Shown here one piece after another: positions 1 to 12,200 of a stretch of 64,000 bases of DNA (positions are counted from its first letter, which is position 1; the number at the start of each line of letters is the position of its first letter). The notes under the pieces are model-generated. The model made no database searches, had not been told where the DNA came from, and saw only the letters and a list, made by a program, of their open reading frames with translations. The translations under genes and the position numbers were made by a program. The DNA comes from Heteronotia binoei (Eukaryota), in assembly GCF_032191835.1 (NCBI RefSeq), contig NC_083236.1:27466001-27530000 (forward strand), written 5' to 3'.

Positions 1-44
1 AGAGACCAGGTTTCATGCTAACATGTTCTTTTTCCCCCTGTTAG

Positions 45-236
45 GCTTACATGAGAAAGCTCCTCTTGGATTAATGGACACACCATTATTAGATACTGAA
101 GAAGAAGTGCATTACTGTTTTCTACCACTCAGCTTGGTTGAAAGATACCCTTCCCTGGTTAATGATGACAATTTACTCTGGCTGTCTGACAATTCCGTTC
201 TGATAGAATGTGAAGGCAGTGAGTTCCGCTTCATAG
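45..236 (+). CDS. KCTD19: KCTD19 exon ([28 protein letters not shown]...SEFRFI)
   Basis: ttag| acceptor, |gtaaac donor, phase 1 to 1. Confidence 0.95.
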
Positions 237-3200
237 GTAAACTTCTCCTTAGGAAACACATGGAATGTTGAAGAATGCAGGATGCAGTGAAAAAAGACCA
301 TATTCCCCCCTCACTTTTAAATATTGATATTTTTATTGTTGTGACCTAGATGGCCCAGTTTTGCTTTATCTCATCAGATTTCACTAGCTTAAGCAGGTTT
401 GGCCCTAGTTAGCACTTGGATGGGAGACCGCTAATGAAGTTCAGAGTTGGTACTCGGAGGCAAACTGCTGCTGTTCATTTCTTGCCTCGAAAACCCAATG
501 AAGGGTTGTCATAAGTTGGTTGTGACTTGTCAGCTCTTTTCATCAGTTTTGCTATACATCCTTCTCCTGGAGCTTACAGTAGGCCCTGTACTAAGAGCCC
601 TGTAAGCTCATGAAGGATTGGCTACATCAGGGGTGTGCGACCTAATTTGCAAAGGAGATCCTGCTACAAAAAAAGCCCTGGTGACTAGGGTTGCCAAGAC
701 CAACTCAAGAAATATCTGGGGACTTTGAGGGTGGAACCAGGAGTCAGGTTGTGACAAGCACAATTGAGCTCTGAAGGGAGTTCTGGCAATTCCATTGGCT
801 TTTAAATGCCTTTCCTCCATTTGGAAATAATGAAGAATAGAGGCACCTTCTTTTGAGGCTCATAGGATTGGATCGCTTGGTCCACTTGTTTTGAAACTTG
901 AGGGGGGTGTTTTGAGGAGAGGGACCAGATGTTATGCTGAAAATTTGGTGCCTCTACCTCAAAAAACAGCCCCCCCAGAGCCCCAGATACATACAGATCA
1001 ATTCTCCATTATACCCTATGGGAATCAGTCTCCATAGGGTATAATGGAGTGCCCAGCAGACATTTCCCTCCTCCCACCCCACTTTCTGATAACCCTGAAG
1101 GACCTCCAAACTGGGGGATCCCCCGCCCCCAACTGGGGATTGGCAACCCTATCTACCTCACAAGGTGATTGTTGTGGAGAGAGGAAGGAAAGGTGATTGG
1201 AAGGTGCTTTGAAACTCCTTAGGGTGGAGAAAAGTGGGTTATAAAAACCAACTCTTCTTTGTTTCACTATGATTATTTCTCTCTCTCTCTCTCTCTTAAA
1301 CCTCCCCCCCCCCCCAAGCTAATTTTCTACGTTCAGGGAAGATTATTTTGCCTGACAACTTCTCCAACATGGAAGCTCTGGAAGCTGAAGCTGAAGCATT
1401 GGGAATCCCTGAGCTTATGGAAGCAATGAAGATCTATAGGAGTCAACCAGGTGCAATTCTTTTTACATTTTCAGTGTAAACCACCTTTCCAAGTAAAGAA
1501 GGAACCTCTTTGGGCCACGCTACATGATACATCTAATATGCTGAGTCATGGGGGTATGACTGGACTCACAGTCAGACACAAATTGGGGAGAACTCCCCTA
1601 AAAACTGCTCAGTCACTTGGCCTTGCAAAAGAGCACTGTGAGAGGAAAAGAAGCTTCCAGTCTCCATCCCACTCCACTTAACCAGTGGAAAAATGCAGTG
1701 TGATTCAAGCTCAAGTCTTCCCTGATCAGAATTCTTTGTTGTTTGTTGTTGCCTTTGTCTGTTTGTTGCCATCCATGCCTTTGTCTTCCAGAGGCCCACC
1801 CAGAGGGAACTCCCCGTTCGCAAGGCTCTGTGAAAAGCACAATACAAAAGCAGCAGAAAGCAGCTAGCCTCCCCTTGTATCCAATGGTGCTTGGTCTCTT
1901 AGTCAAATATCCTGATTCAGCTTTGGGACAGCTCCATGTGGAGAACACCCTGGATGGGAACAAGCTCTACATATCAGGAAACGGAGTTCTCTTTCAACAT
2001 GTCATGTATGTCTTTATTTGCAAGTTAGGTTGCACTGATTTTTAGAAAGAGTATTCTTTTTATATTAGTCCATCCTTCCTTTCCCTCTCAGATGCTGGTA
2101 GGATGCTGTAATGAGCAAAACCATGGAATGTGATCCTTACTAAATTTGACTGAAGAACCTAGAAGAAAATGAAATAAATAAAATGTCAGACTCAGCACAA
2201 ACATATCCTCCCTAGGCTGTCCTATTCTTTCAGCAAATATAGAGTCCCTTTCAATGTTCCTCTTGATTTTTTTCCTCCTACTGAGCAGAGCAGTTCACAG
2301 CCTGAGCAGAACATAACTGCTCAGGGCTTTTTTTGTAGGAAAAAGCCCAGCAGGAACTCATTTGCATATTAGGCTACACCCCCTGATGTCACAATTGTTT
2401 CACACAGGGCTTTAAAAGTCCAGCAGGAACTACGTAATTTGCACATTAGGTTGCTGCCACCCCGACTCCAAGCCAGCTGGAACTGCATTCCTGTGCGTTC
2501 CTGCTCAAGAAAAAAGCCCTGTAACTGCTATAATCTTAAAATGGACATTGGGCAGTGCAAGGTCCTGCATGGCTCCAAATTGCTGCTGAGCAGGGGCTTC
2601 CTGTGTTAATTAGTGGCTGCTCACTTGCACAGCAAGAGCCCCATGCCGCAGAGTGTTAAAGCTGCAGTACTGTGGTCCTAAGCTCTGCTCATGATCCCCA
2701 GTGGAAGCTGGGTTTTCAGATAGCTGGCTTGAGGTTGACTCAGCCTTCCATCCTTCCAAGGTCAGTAAAATGAGTACCCAGCTTGCTGGGGGGAAAGTGT
2801 AGATGACTGGGGAAGGCAATGGCAAACCACCCCGTCAGGGCCATCTTAACAGCATTATGGGCCCCAGGCAAAGCAATGTACTGGGCCCCTACGACCACTA
2901 CTCATAGGAATAAAAACGTAAATGGTCGATAAAATTAAATACTGTATATATTTATTTTATTGGCACTTCCAACAAAATCGGTGTTGAAACATTAAAAACA
3001 TTCTGCATAGCAACAACTAATCAACATGATAAACATTTGAACAATACACAAGGCTTGAAAAACACAATAATACTCAGTAAGCCATACAGATTAGATGTCA
3101 CAGTATGAAATTACTACGAATTTCTTATTATAAAAAGCATTTGTGGCATTTCTTAGCAGAGAATTGCTTTATTATTGGCTTGAAGTAAGTGGTCTTCAGG

Positions 3201-6200
3201 ATGTCATTTTCCATGCACATGAGTGAAAGCCAGTTCAAATGATGCTGCCCCATTGTGCTATGAAGCTGATTTTTTATAAGTTTCCGTCTTGAAAAAGAAC
3301 ATTCTCCTATACTGTTAGTCACCATCATGCACATGAACATTCTGAGTGCAATTTCAACATTCAGGAATACAGATTTCAAATTGTCAGAAATTATTTTTCT
3401 GTACAATGCAGGGAGAGTCTAGTATTTAGTCCCACATCAGAATCTTTGTATAGGTCTACAAGACGACATTCAGCATTTTCTCAACTTGCACAAATAAAAA
3501 GCTTATCCATTCATATATTCACAAACTATCAATACCTGGTTATTAGTACTGCATCATACACAGATTAGAATGGAGCCCCTATGCTCGTGGGTCCCATGGG
3601 CAGGTGCCCATCAGGCCCATGCGTTAAGACAGCCCTGCACCCAGTAAAAAGTCTGCTGCAAAAACGTTGTGAAAGCAACGTCACCCCAGAGTCAGAAAGG
3701 ACTGGTGCTTGCACAGGGGACCTTTCCTTTCCACTTGCACAGCTTAGAGGAAATACTGGGTCCCTTTTGCTACTTCTCAGCTTCTGATGGTCAGAACGGG
3801 CTTCTGCCAAGTCATGCAGTAGCAGGGGCTGACCTGGGAACTTTAATAAGGTTGCCTGTCCTTGCCTCATTGTGGGACCTTGCCTACTGCTGTGCCAGTG
3901 GATTTGCTTCTTATTTCCTAGTTCTTCTTCACAGTTTCTATGCATTGTGTTGAAGGACTCTGTGCCTATGTACAGCTTCAGTTTGGAAGCTTCTTGATCT
4001 AGCTTTAGGCACAAAAATTCTTTAGCACATCCAGGCAAAGAGAATAACAGAACGATCATTAACTTAAAAGAAAAGGAAGATAAGAACAACAGAAAAGTGA
4101 CTAACAGTGCCATCCAAAGCAGAGTGAAGCCCTTCCAAACCCATCGATACTCTGAGCATTGTGCTGTAAGTGATTTATCAAGCAGATGATCATGGGGAAT
4201 AAAAAAGGCAAGTGAGCTAGGTGGGTTGATAGGAACAGAAACTTGATTGAAAAAGATCTAGTAATAGGAGCAAAAAGACAAGCTATTGAGAAAGAACTAA
4301 AAGAACCTTTAAAGATAAAGGTGAGAGAAATAGGATGCTAGCTAGATATGGAAAGAGGATTGGAAGAAGTTTCTGCAGCATAGGAGAATAAAAGGGAGAA
4401 TAGTTAGAGTAAGAGATGTTAGAAAAGAAGGTAGAAGAGTGTGAAATGTACAAGTTGACTTGGCATTCATTTGCTGGTGCAGCTTTTCTAAGGATCAGGA
4501 ATTATGTCCAAACAGAACAGTTTTTCACATTAAATAAAATCCAGACATGCTTTATAGGAGTGGCACCTCAGCCTTGTGAAACTTCAAGTGTCGCATGAAT
4601 GGAAAAGTATCAGCAGCAACCAAATTTATTTATTCCCTACCTTTCTTCCCAATGGAGACCCCAAAAGGGCTTACATAATTCTCATCTCCTCCCTTTTATT
4701 CTGACCGGGAGGTAGGTTAGGTTGAACTTGAGGATGTGTGATGGGCCCAACTTCACCTGACAATCTGCCATGGCATGAGATGGGATTCAAACATGGGTAA
4801 CCAAGGTCTTAATGCAACACTGTAATCACTACATCACCCTGATTCTCAAGCATAAGAGAGGGTACTTCTAGTAAAAACATCAGGGGACAGCCTCAGCCCC
4901 TATGCCATTGTTAGCCCTTCAGAGGAACTAGTTAGCCACTGTGTGAGACCAAAGTCTGGACTAGATGGACCACTGGTCTGATCTAGCAGGACTCTTCTTA
5001 GAAACAGTCCCTGTATAGCTTAGACAGTAGGAAAGGGTGCTTTCAGAAGGAATATGCAATAAATATATGAAATAATTGATCTCTTTAAAATTCTTTTCTT
5101 TGTGTACAAAGGAATTGGTTAGGCACTTCCAAGCTCCCTCTGACCCGGAGTATGTCTGAGCTTCTTGAACTCTGCTCCTATTTGGATCAAATGGACATCA
5201 CTTATCAGCCCATGAAGGATGCTTTGAAAACATATCTAAAACAAAAGACACCTAGAGATACCATGGGAAAATGTAAGCCAGTTGCTCTGAGCCTTTTCTC
5301 TTGACTTTTAACTGTATGAGCTTTGAGCCATGACTCATGAACAATATTGAATAGTGGCTGCCAGCTTCAACAAAAGGGTCGAGTAAGGACCTGTCTGTTT
5401 GAATCAGGGGCTGTTACAAACTACTGTTTGTTCCCAACTGGTGTGTCAGTACAAATGTTTCTGATGACTGTGTAAGAAATACCATTGCAATTCTAGATAA
5501 TAGATTATGTTCAGAATGTTACAATTATAGCTTTAGAGTCACTTACTGCAGAATTCCACAAGAATATGGAAAGTGCTTATGGGACTACAGGGAGACACAT
5601 TCTTCTTCTTCTACATTCTTGGCATTTAATAAACCAGCAGCTACTGAACTCCATTGGGAGGCATAGTATAAACTTTTAATTTAAAATGGTTGATTTTCCA
5701 CTCTGAAGTATTTGCAAGAATATACCGCTGCACTTACAAACGTACTCCCACCCCAAACAAAAGTGCATCTCTTAAAGTGAATTTGGTCATTTATGGGAGA
5801 AGAAAAGAACTTCCTTAAACTTATATATTTCTCCATAATATCCAAAGTGAAGCTTTGTCATGCTTTCCCCATTGTCAGATGTACAAGCTCTAGGATAGCT
5901 TCCACATCTAATTGGAGAAGAGACTTGCTCTGACCTGGATGGACTAGGCTAGTCCAATTTTATCAGATCTTGGAAGCTAAGCAAGGTTGACCCTGGTTAG
6001 TACTTGCATGGGACACTGTTGAGAAAGTCCAGGGTCTAGAGCAATGGCAAACCCCCTCTGCTGTCCTAAAAACCCCAAGGGGCTACCATAAGACAACTGC
6101 TTCTTGATGACACTTTTCACCACCACCAAGAAACACAGAAAACAACAACAACAGGATTTCAAGTTATTAAGAGCTGCCATTAAGAATACATGGTGAATGT

Positions 6201-9200
6201 TTGGTACAAGAAATGTACAGATACAGCCTGCCAAGAATCCACTTACTTGCATCTCTCTTTTGCTTACACAGCTTACAGTGGATTCAGTTTATCTAAATCT
6301 GCAGCTTTTTAGCTGAATCTGCAGCTTCTGTTCGTTAAACTTCAGCCTGCGTTGGAACTTGGATGTTGGCCTGGCATTGCAAATGTCACTTTCCCCCCAG
6401 TATTTATAGCAGTGGTCCTGAATGGATACATTATTCAGTATGTGGTGATGGTGGCATGTACACAAACATATATCTGCTCTCAAGCCTTTCAGAGATGGAA
6501 TTCCTCATGGACTGATTGAGCATTGGTGATTATCGGGACCTAAGTCTTAAGAGTGATAATGAAAAGGCCAAATGTGGAAGTAAAGGAGAGGCAAGAGCAG
6601 GAAGTGATGGTACAAGTCTGCAGTTTCTCTGTTGCTCTTTATGTGGAAAAAACATTGTCCAAGAAATTCCAGCAGTAAGAAGTTATTTGTGTTGGAAATA
6701 TGTATCTGTTTTGTATGTCCTTTGCAATGTTCTAAAGTTCCAGCCATGATAGGGTTAACACTGTGCCTGATTCCCTGTTGTCTGCATGACTTGGGAAGAA
6801 GATACTGACTGCTGTCAATCAAGGTCTAGAAGCGGGGAAACCCTGTTTTGTCTGTTTGGTCAGTTAGTCAGGTGACTTCCTTTGTTCAGGCAGAGAGGTC
6901 AAGAAGAAGGAGGAAATAGCTTCCATTAAGCACATGATCTTCTATTGTAAGCATGTAGTTCTATAGTGTTTGTTATTTTCACCTCCCAGTACCCTTTCCC
7001 TGTAGAAATAAATTTGTTAAATGCCTCTCAATGATTATTTGATCCAGTGATCCATCGCACTGTTTGAGAAAGAAATAGAATTTCAAACAGAATTCCCTAA
7101 CAATTTGGATCAGGATGTTGACCATACTCCTGTTTCCTGACAACCCCTGTGGATTGTCAAAGGTTTAATGCATGTCACATTCTGTTCTATACAATTTGGA
7201 ATTGTGTCTTGTAGATGCAGACTGGACAGCAGAAATTGAGGTCTTTTCACTCCATCACATTGTCAAAGTGTATGTGGGAAGCCACTGGTATGCGACATAC
7301 TTGCAAACATTATTGAAGGTACAGTTCTTCAGTAAGTTCACAGAATCTTTTTGTAGCTCGCCTCATGTTCATGAACTTTATGGCTTGTTCATTTGTTTAG
7401 AATAATATAGTTTCCCACATCAGAAATGTCACTTGCTTTGGAAACTGGCATATTGCAGAAAAGCACTCTACTTTTCAGTTTGCAGGGATTATTATTATTA
7501 TTTTTTGTGGTGGTGCTGTCTGACAAAGGGAGCATTGACTTTTGGAAGTTCATACCCTGAAAATCTTGTTGGTCTCTGAGGTGCTACTGGACTTGAATCT
7601 AGCTTTTCTAGTGCAGACCAAAACAGTAGAAAGGAAAGGCTGTTTCCGACTCTGGGGTGACGTTGCTTTAATGGCAGACTTTTTACAGGGTGGTTTGCCA
7701 TTGCCTTCCCCAGTCATCTACACTTCCCCCCCAGCAAGCTAGGTAGTCATTTTACTGACCTTGGAAGGATGGAAGGCTGAGTCAACCTCGAGCCGGCTAC
7801 CTGAAAACCCAGCTTCCGCCGGGGATCGAACTCAGGTCATGAGCAGAGTTTAGGACTGCAGTACGACATCTGATGAGATTGGGCTTGCCTGGACTATCCT
7901 GGTCAGGGCAATAGAAACTAATTTTTTGTTTTATTGAGAGACAATCAAATACCCTTCCCTACTGTGCATTCTAAGGAGCAGCTGAAGTTGCCTTATTTTA
8001 GCTTGATCATTGTCGCTTTCCTTATAGCCCTTGTTGCATAAATGAATTCTGAAAATCTGTGTAAAAAAACAAAATTATGGTTTGGTCTGATAAATGCTTA
8101 TTGACCATTCCTTGAACGCTCAGAGGTTAATCTAAAACCACCTAGAAGGACAGGCAAAGGGTTGTAGATTGACTTTTAAAGAAATCTGGCCTTTAGTGTG
8201 CCAGGCTAGCACGTGTGTTTATGTGTTAGTGTGGTAGGCAAAAGAGCGAAAGGATTTCTCCTGTGACACCAGCCATTATACTCTATGGAGACCAATTCCC
8301 ATAGAGTATAATGGAGAATTGATCTGGGGCTTGGGGGGCGGCTGTTTTTTTGAGGCAGAGGCACCAAATTTTCAGCAGCATCTGGTGCCTCTCCTCAAAA
8401 CACTCCCCATGTTTCAAAAAGATTGGACCAGGGGTCCAATTCTATGAGCCCCCAAAGGAGGTGCCCCTATCCCTCATTATTTCCAAATGGAGTGAAGGCA
8501 TTTAAAAGGCATGCGATCCCCTTAAATGTGATTACCATAACTCCTTTCAGAGTTCAATCGTGTTTTTCACATCCTGGCTCCGGGCTCCACCCACAAAGTC
8601 CCCAGATATTTCTTGAGCCAGACCTGGTAACCCTATCAAATTGTTCCTCTACTATGTGACTCTGGGTTTCCCGAACCCAACTTGTTTTTACTGTAGGCAC
8701 ATATCAGATGTAGGAATTTCTGGTCTGAACTACTGCTAGGGAGGGAACAGCGCTCCCACCTTCCCCTCAGGCTGTTTTTGGACACTGAAACAACCCCCTA
8801 GAGGAATTATTGACAGCTGGAGCAGCACATGGGTTATTTCAAGTGCTGCTGTTACGTAAATAACTCCCAGGGTGCGGTCATTATCTGAAAAGTGCATGGA
8901 GAAGACAGGAGCCCCTCCTCCCCAAGCCCAAAAAGGATCTCCCTGATCCTTAAAATGACATTCTGGCAGTTAATGCATGACTGCAGGGAAAACAAGCTGA
9001 GTTTAGAAAACAAGAGTCATCTTGTGAGAAAATGGTATTGTGTGGTTTGGCTAGATTCCCTGAGGTAGGATGGAAGAAGTCTTAGGAAGGTTCAAAGGAA
9101 GAACTCTGCCCCCCCTTTTTTTGGTGAGCATTTTAGGGAAATCCCCCCCCCCTTTAGTGAGGAAAAAGAGGAGAACTCGGTCCAGTACAAATAGCTTGTT

Positions 9201-12200
9201 GTTTGTTCTGTGTGGGTTTTTTTTAACTTTTTACATTACAGTATATACTGTTATACCTTGGGAGCAATATGGCAATCACTACCCCTCTCATCATGAGAAT
9301 ATCATGATGGAGTGCAACTGTGGACAGAAGCAACGTGGCAGCCTCTGCAAAGTGATTATGGTGTTGATAGACACCTGACACACTGGGTGGTTCCAAATCA
9401 GAATGCTTTAATCCTTCAGCTACCATTAATTTCTGTTGTCTAAGAGAAGAATTGCTTCATTGTGGCGATGGAGGGTGAAGCTGGTAGGAAAGTGGCTAGT
9501 TTGAAAGTTTCTTCCTAAAGGTCTTGTTTTTGTTTTCCACCAGTTTCCAGAGCTACTGTTGAATTACAATAAAGCATATTGGATTGTTCATGGTCAGAGT
9601 CTCTTCATCTATGGAGATGGACAAATGTTTCGACACATCCTCAACTTCCTTAGGCTTGGCAAGCTCTTCTTGCCCTCAGAATTTAAGTGAGTAGAAATGA
9701 TCCCTTGGGCTACTTTCCAATATGTTGACAGAGCATTTATTTGCTCAGGAGAACCATATCAGGAGATCTTTCTGGAAACACAGAGGCTAAGCTTAGAAAA
9801 TGAGCAGCTGCTGGATTTTGTGGGGTCAAGTACTGCAGCAATCTTAGCCTCAATGGCTCAACCTATAAAATGCTTATCTGTCATCACCAGAAAAAAATGT
9901 GATAAGCCAGACAAGATCATCTAGGTCAGGAGTGTCAAACATGCAGCCCAAGGGCCAAATCAGGCCCCTGGAGGTTCCAGTCAGGCCCCCAAGCAACTGG
10001 TTGTTATCTGCTTCCTTCTTCCACTCTCTTGCTTCCTTCTGCATCACAGCTTGCATTGCCAGGCTTGCTCAATCACACAAGAAATACAGAGCAATACCTC
10101 TATTTTCTCCATTGGCTGAGGCTCCTCCCTTGGGGAGGAAGGGGAGGCGAGATAGCTTGCTTTGCCAGGCTCTCTCAATCGCACAGCAGAGCTACTGAGC
10201 CAAGCCTCTCTTCCTTCTACTGGCTGAGGCTCCTCCCCCTCCTCATCCCCTGGGGAAGGAAGGAAAGAGCCAGAGCTTCCTCTGCCCAGTTCCTTGGATC
10301 CCATGGGAGAGCTACAAAGAAAGCACTTTTAAGACCAATGAGTGCTAATGTTTTAAGTTTAAAAAAAACACCTTTAATTGTGTTTGTCTGTCCTTTATAA
10401 AGTTTATGTCTCTGCTACCTAATCTTAAATAGGTACACACATGGCTCAGTTCAATATGGCCTGGCCCAAAAAGGTCTTGTTTATGTCAAATTCGGCCCTC
10501 ATAACGAATGAGTCGGACACCCCTGATCTAGGAGGTGAGGCCGGATATTTGCTGGGACCAGCCCCTTAACCATAGGGTTGCCAAATCCCTTGCGTTCTCC
10601 AGTGGGGGACTTTTGTGCACGAGCTTTGCACGTATGCGCCACAATGACATCACCCAGAAGTGTCGTCATCACGCCAGCAACATCGTGCGCAGACACTCTA
10701 GGTGTTTCTGGGAAAACTCTATGGTTTTCTCAGACACTAGCCATTTGAGAGGAGAAAACTCTATGGTACCTATTGTACCATAGAGTTTTCCCTCTGAACT
10801 GGCTAGAGTGTCCGGGGAAAACCATAGAGTTTTCCTGGAAATGCCTAGAGTGGCTGCCATGCGACGTCACCAGTGCGATGACATCATTTCTGGGTAATGT
10901 TACTGCACCGGTGATGTAGGGGGAGTTGGGAACCTCCTGCAAGGCTCTTTCTCACTCACACACTACAGGAGTATTTTCACTGGAGGCTTCCTAGACCATC
11001 TCCCTAGCTCTTGAAAGATTCTCTAACCAGAAGATGGCTTTACCCACACCCAGCTTAAATAATCTGTCTGTATTTGATATATTTTTTATTCACATGTATA
11101 ACCAAGACATAAAATGCACTTTTTGGGGAACAGTTTATTTACAGCTGATCTGAATAACCTTTGGATTTTATTTCCTAGAGAATGGCCTCTTCTGTGCCAG
11201 GAAGTGGTAGAGTATCAGATCCCTTCTCTTGTGGAAGCCCTTTCCCAGTGTGACACATACAGGTAAAGAAGAGTCTAGGTTTTATTTTTTCCCTTTTTAA
11301 AACATTTTAACATTTTATTGTAACCAAAATGAAACATTCCATTACAAACCTTAAAATAACATACAATACTTATCAAGTCCTGCATTTACAGTTATATTCC
11401 AACCATTACTTACATCCAGGTTCTGTTTCCTAAATAACAAAGAAATCCAACATTTCAGGAGGTAACTGTTCACTTTCAGAGGCCTTAGAGTTAATATATT
11501 CCAAATAAGGGAACCATTTTTCTATTATATTATTTTTAAAAGCTGGCATTTCCATAAGTAGTAATTGTGTAGAGATCTTATCTTGTATTATTATATCCCT
11601 AATTTTCTTACTCTAATCCTCCACCGACGGGACCCTATTGCTCTTCCATAGTTGAACTATCAAGTTTTTACCCGCCAGCAGCAACATAGAGATAAGATCC
11701 AATCGTAGGGGGGTAGACCATCTTTCAGGCCACAAATTTAGTAGAATTACTTTTGGTTTCAAAGGTACCATCATACCTAATATTTCCATGATTTTGGCCA
11801 CTATTATAGACCAAAAATTCATTATTTTGGGACAAGACCACCAACAGTGCATAAAGTTACCCTCCATCCCACACCCTTTCCAACATAGAGCATTATTTCG
11901 TAGTTTGCTTTTAAACATTTTTTCCGGAGTCAAATACCAACGGGAAACTATTTTGAATTGTTGAGTGCATATATTTATTGCTCTGCTTTTTAGAGCAGGA
12001 GTATTCCAGATTAGATCCCATTGCTCCTCTGAAAATTGAGTGCCGCAGTCTCTTTACCATGCATGCTGCTGGGAAGTGGGACTTTTCCACAATTTTTCCA
12101 TCAATATTTTATATATGATGGAGATTAGGCCTTTAGTATTTGAGCGATTCTTTTTTAACACTTTTTCAAAAGCATTCAGTTTTTTTGTTCTACTAATAAG

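Noticed and set aside
343-540. 5S rRNA gene
   Set aside because: Partial and diverged 5S match fused to a retroposon tail; called a SINE. The same logic applies to tRNA-like heads at 34891 and 51873.
6470-7090. Possible solo LTR (AATAAA near 7006, ends in ACA)
   Set aside because: No clear TG start, TSD or second copy in the window.
9070-9378. ORF with [12 protein letters not shown], reminiscent of a TGF-beta family C-terminus
   Set aside because: No other cystine-knot cysteines at the right spacing; intronic, low-complexity start.
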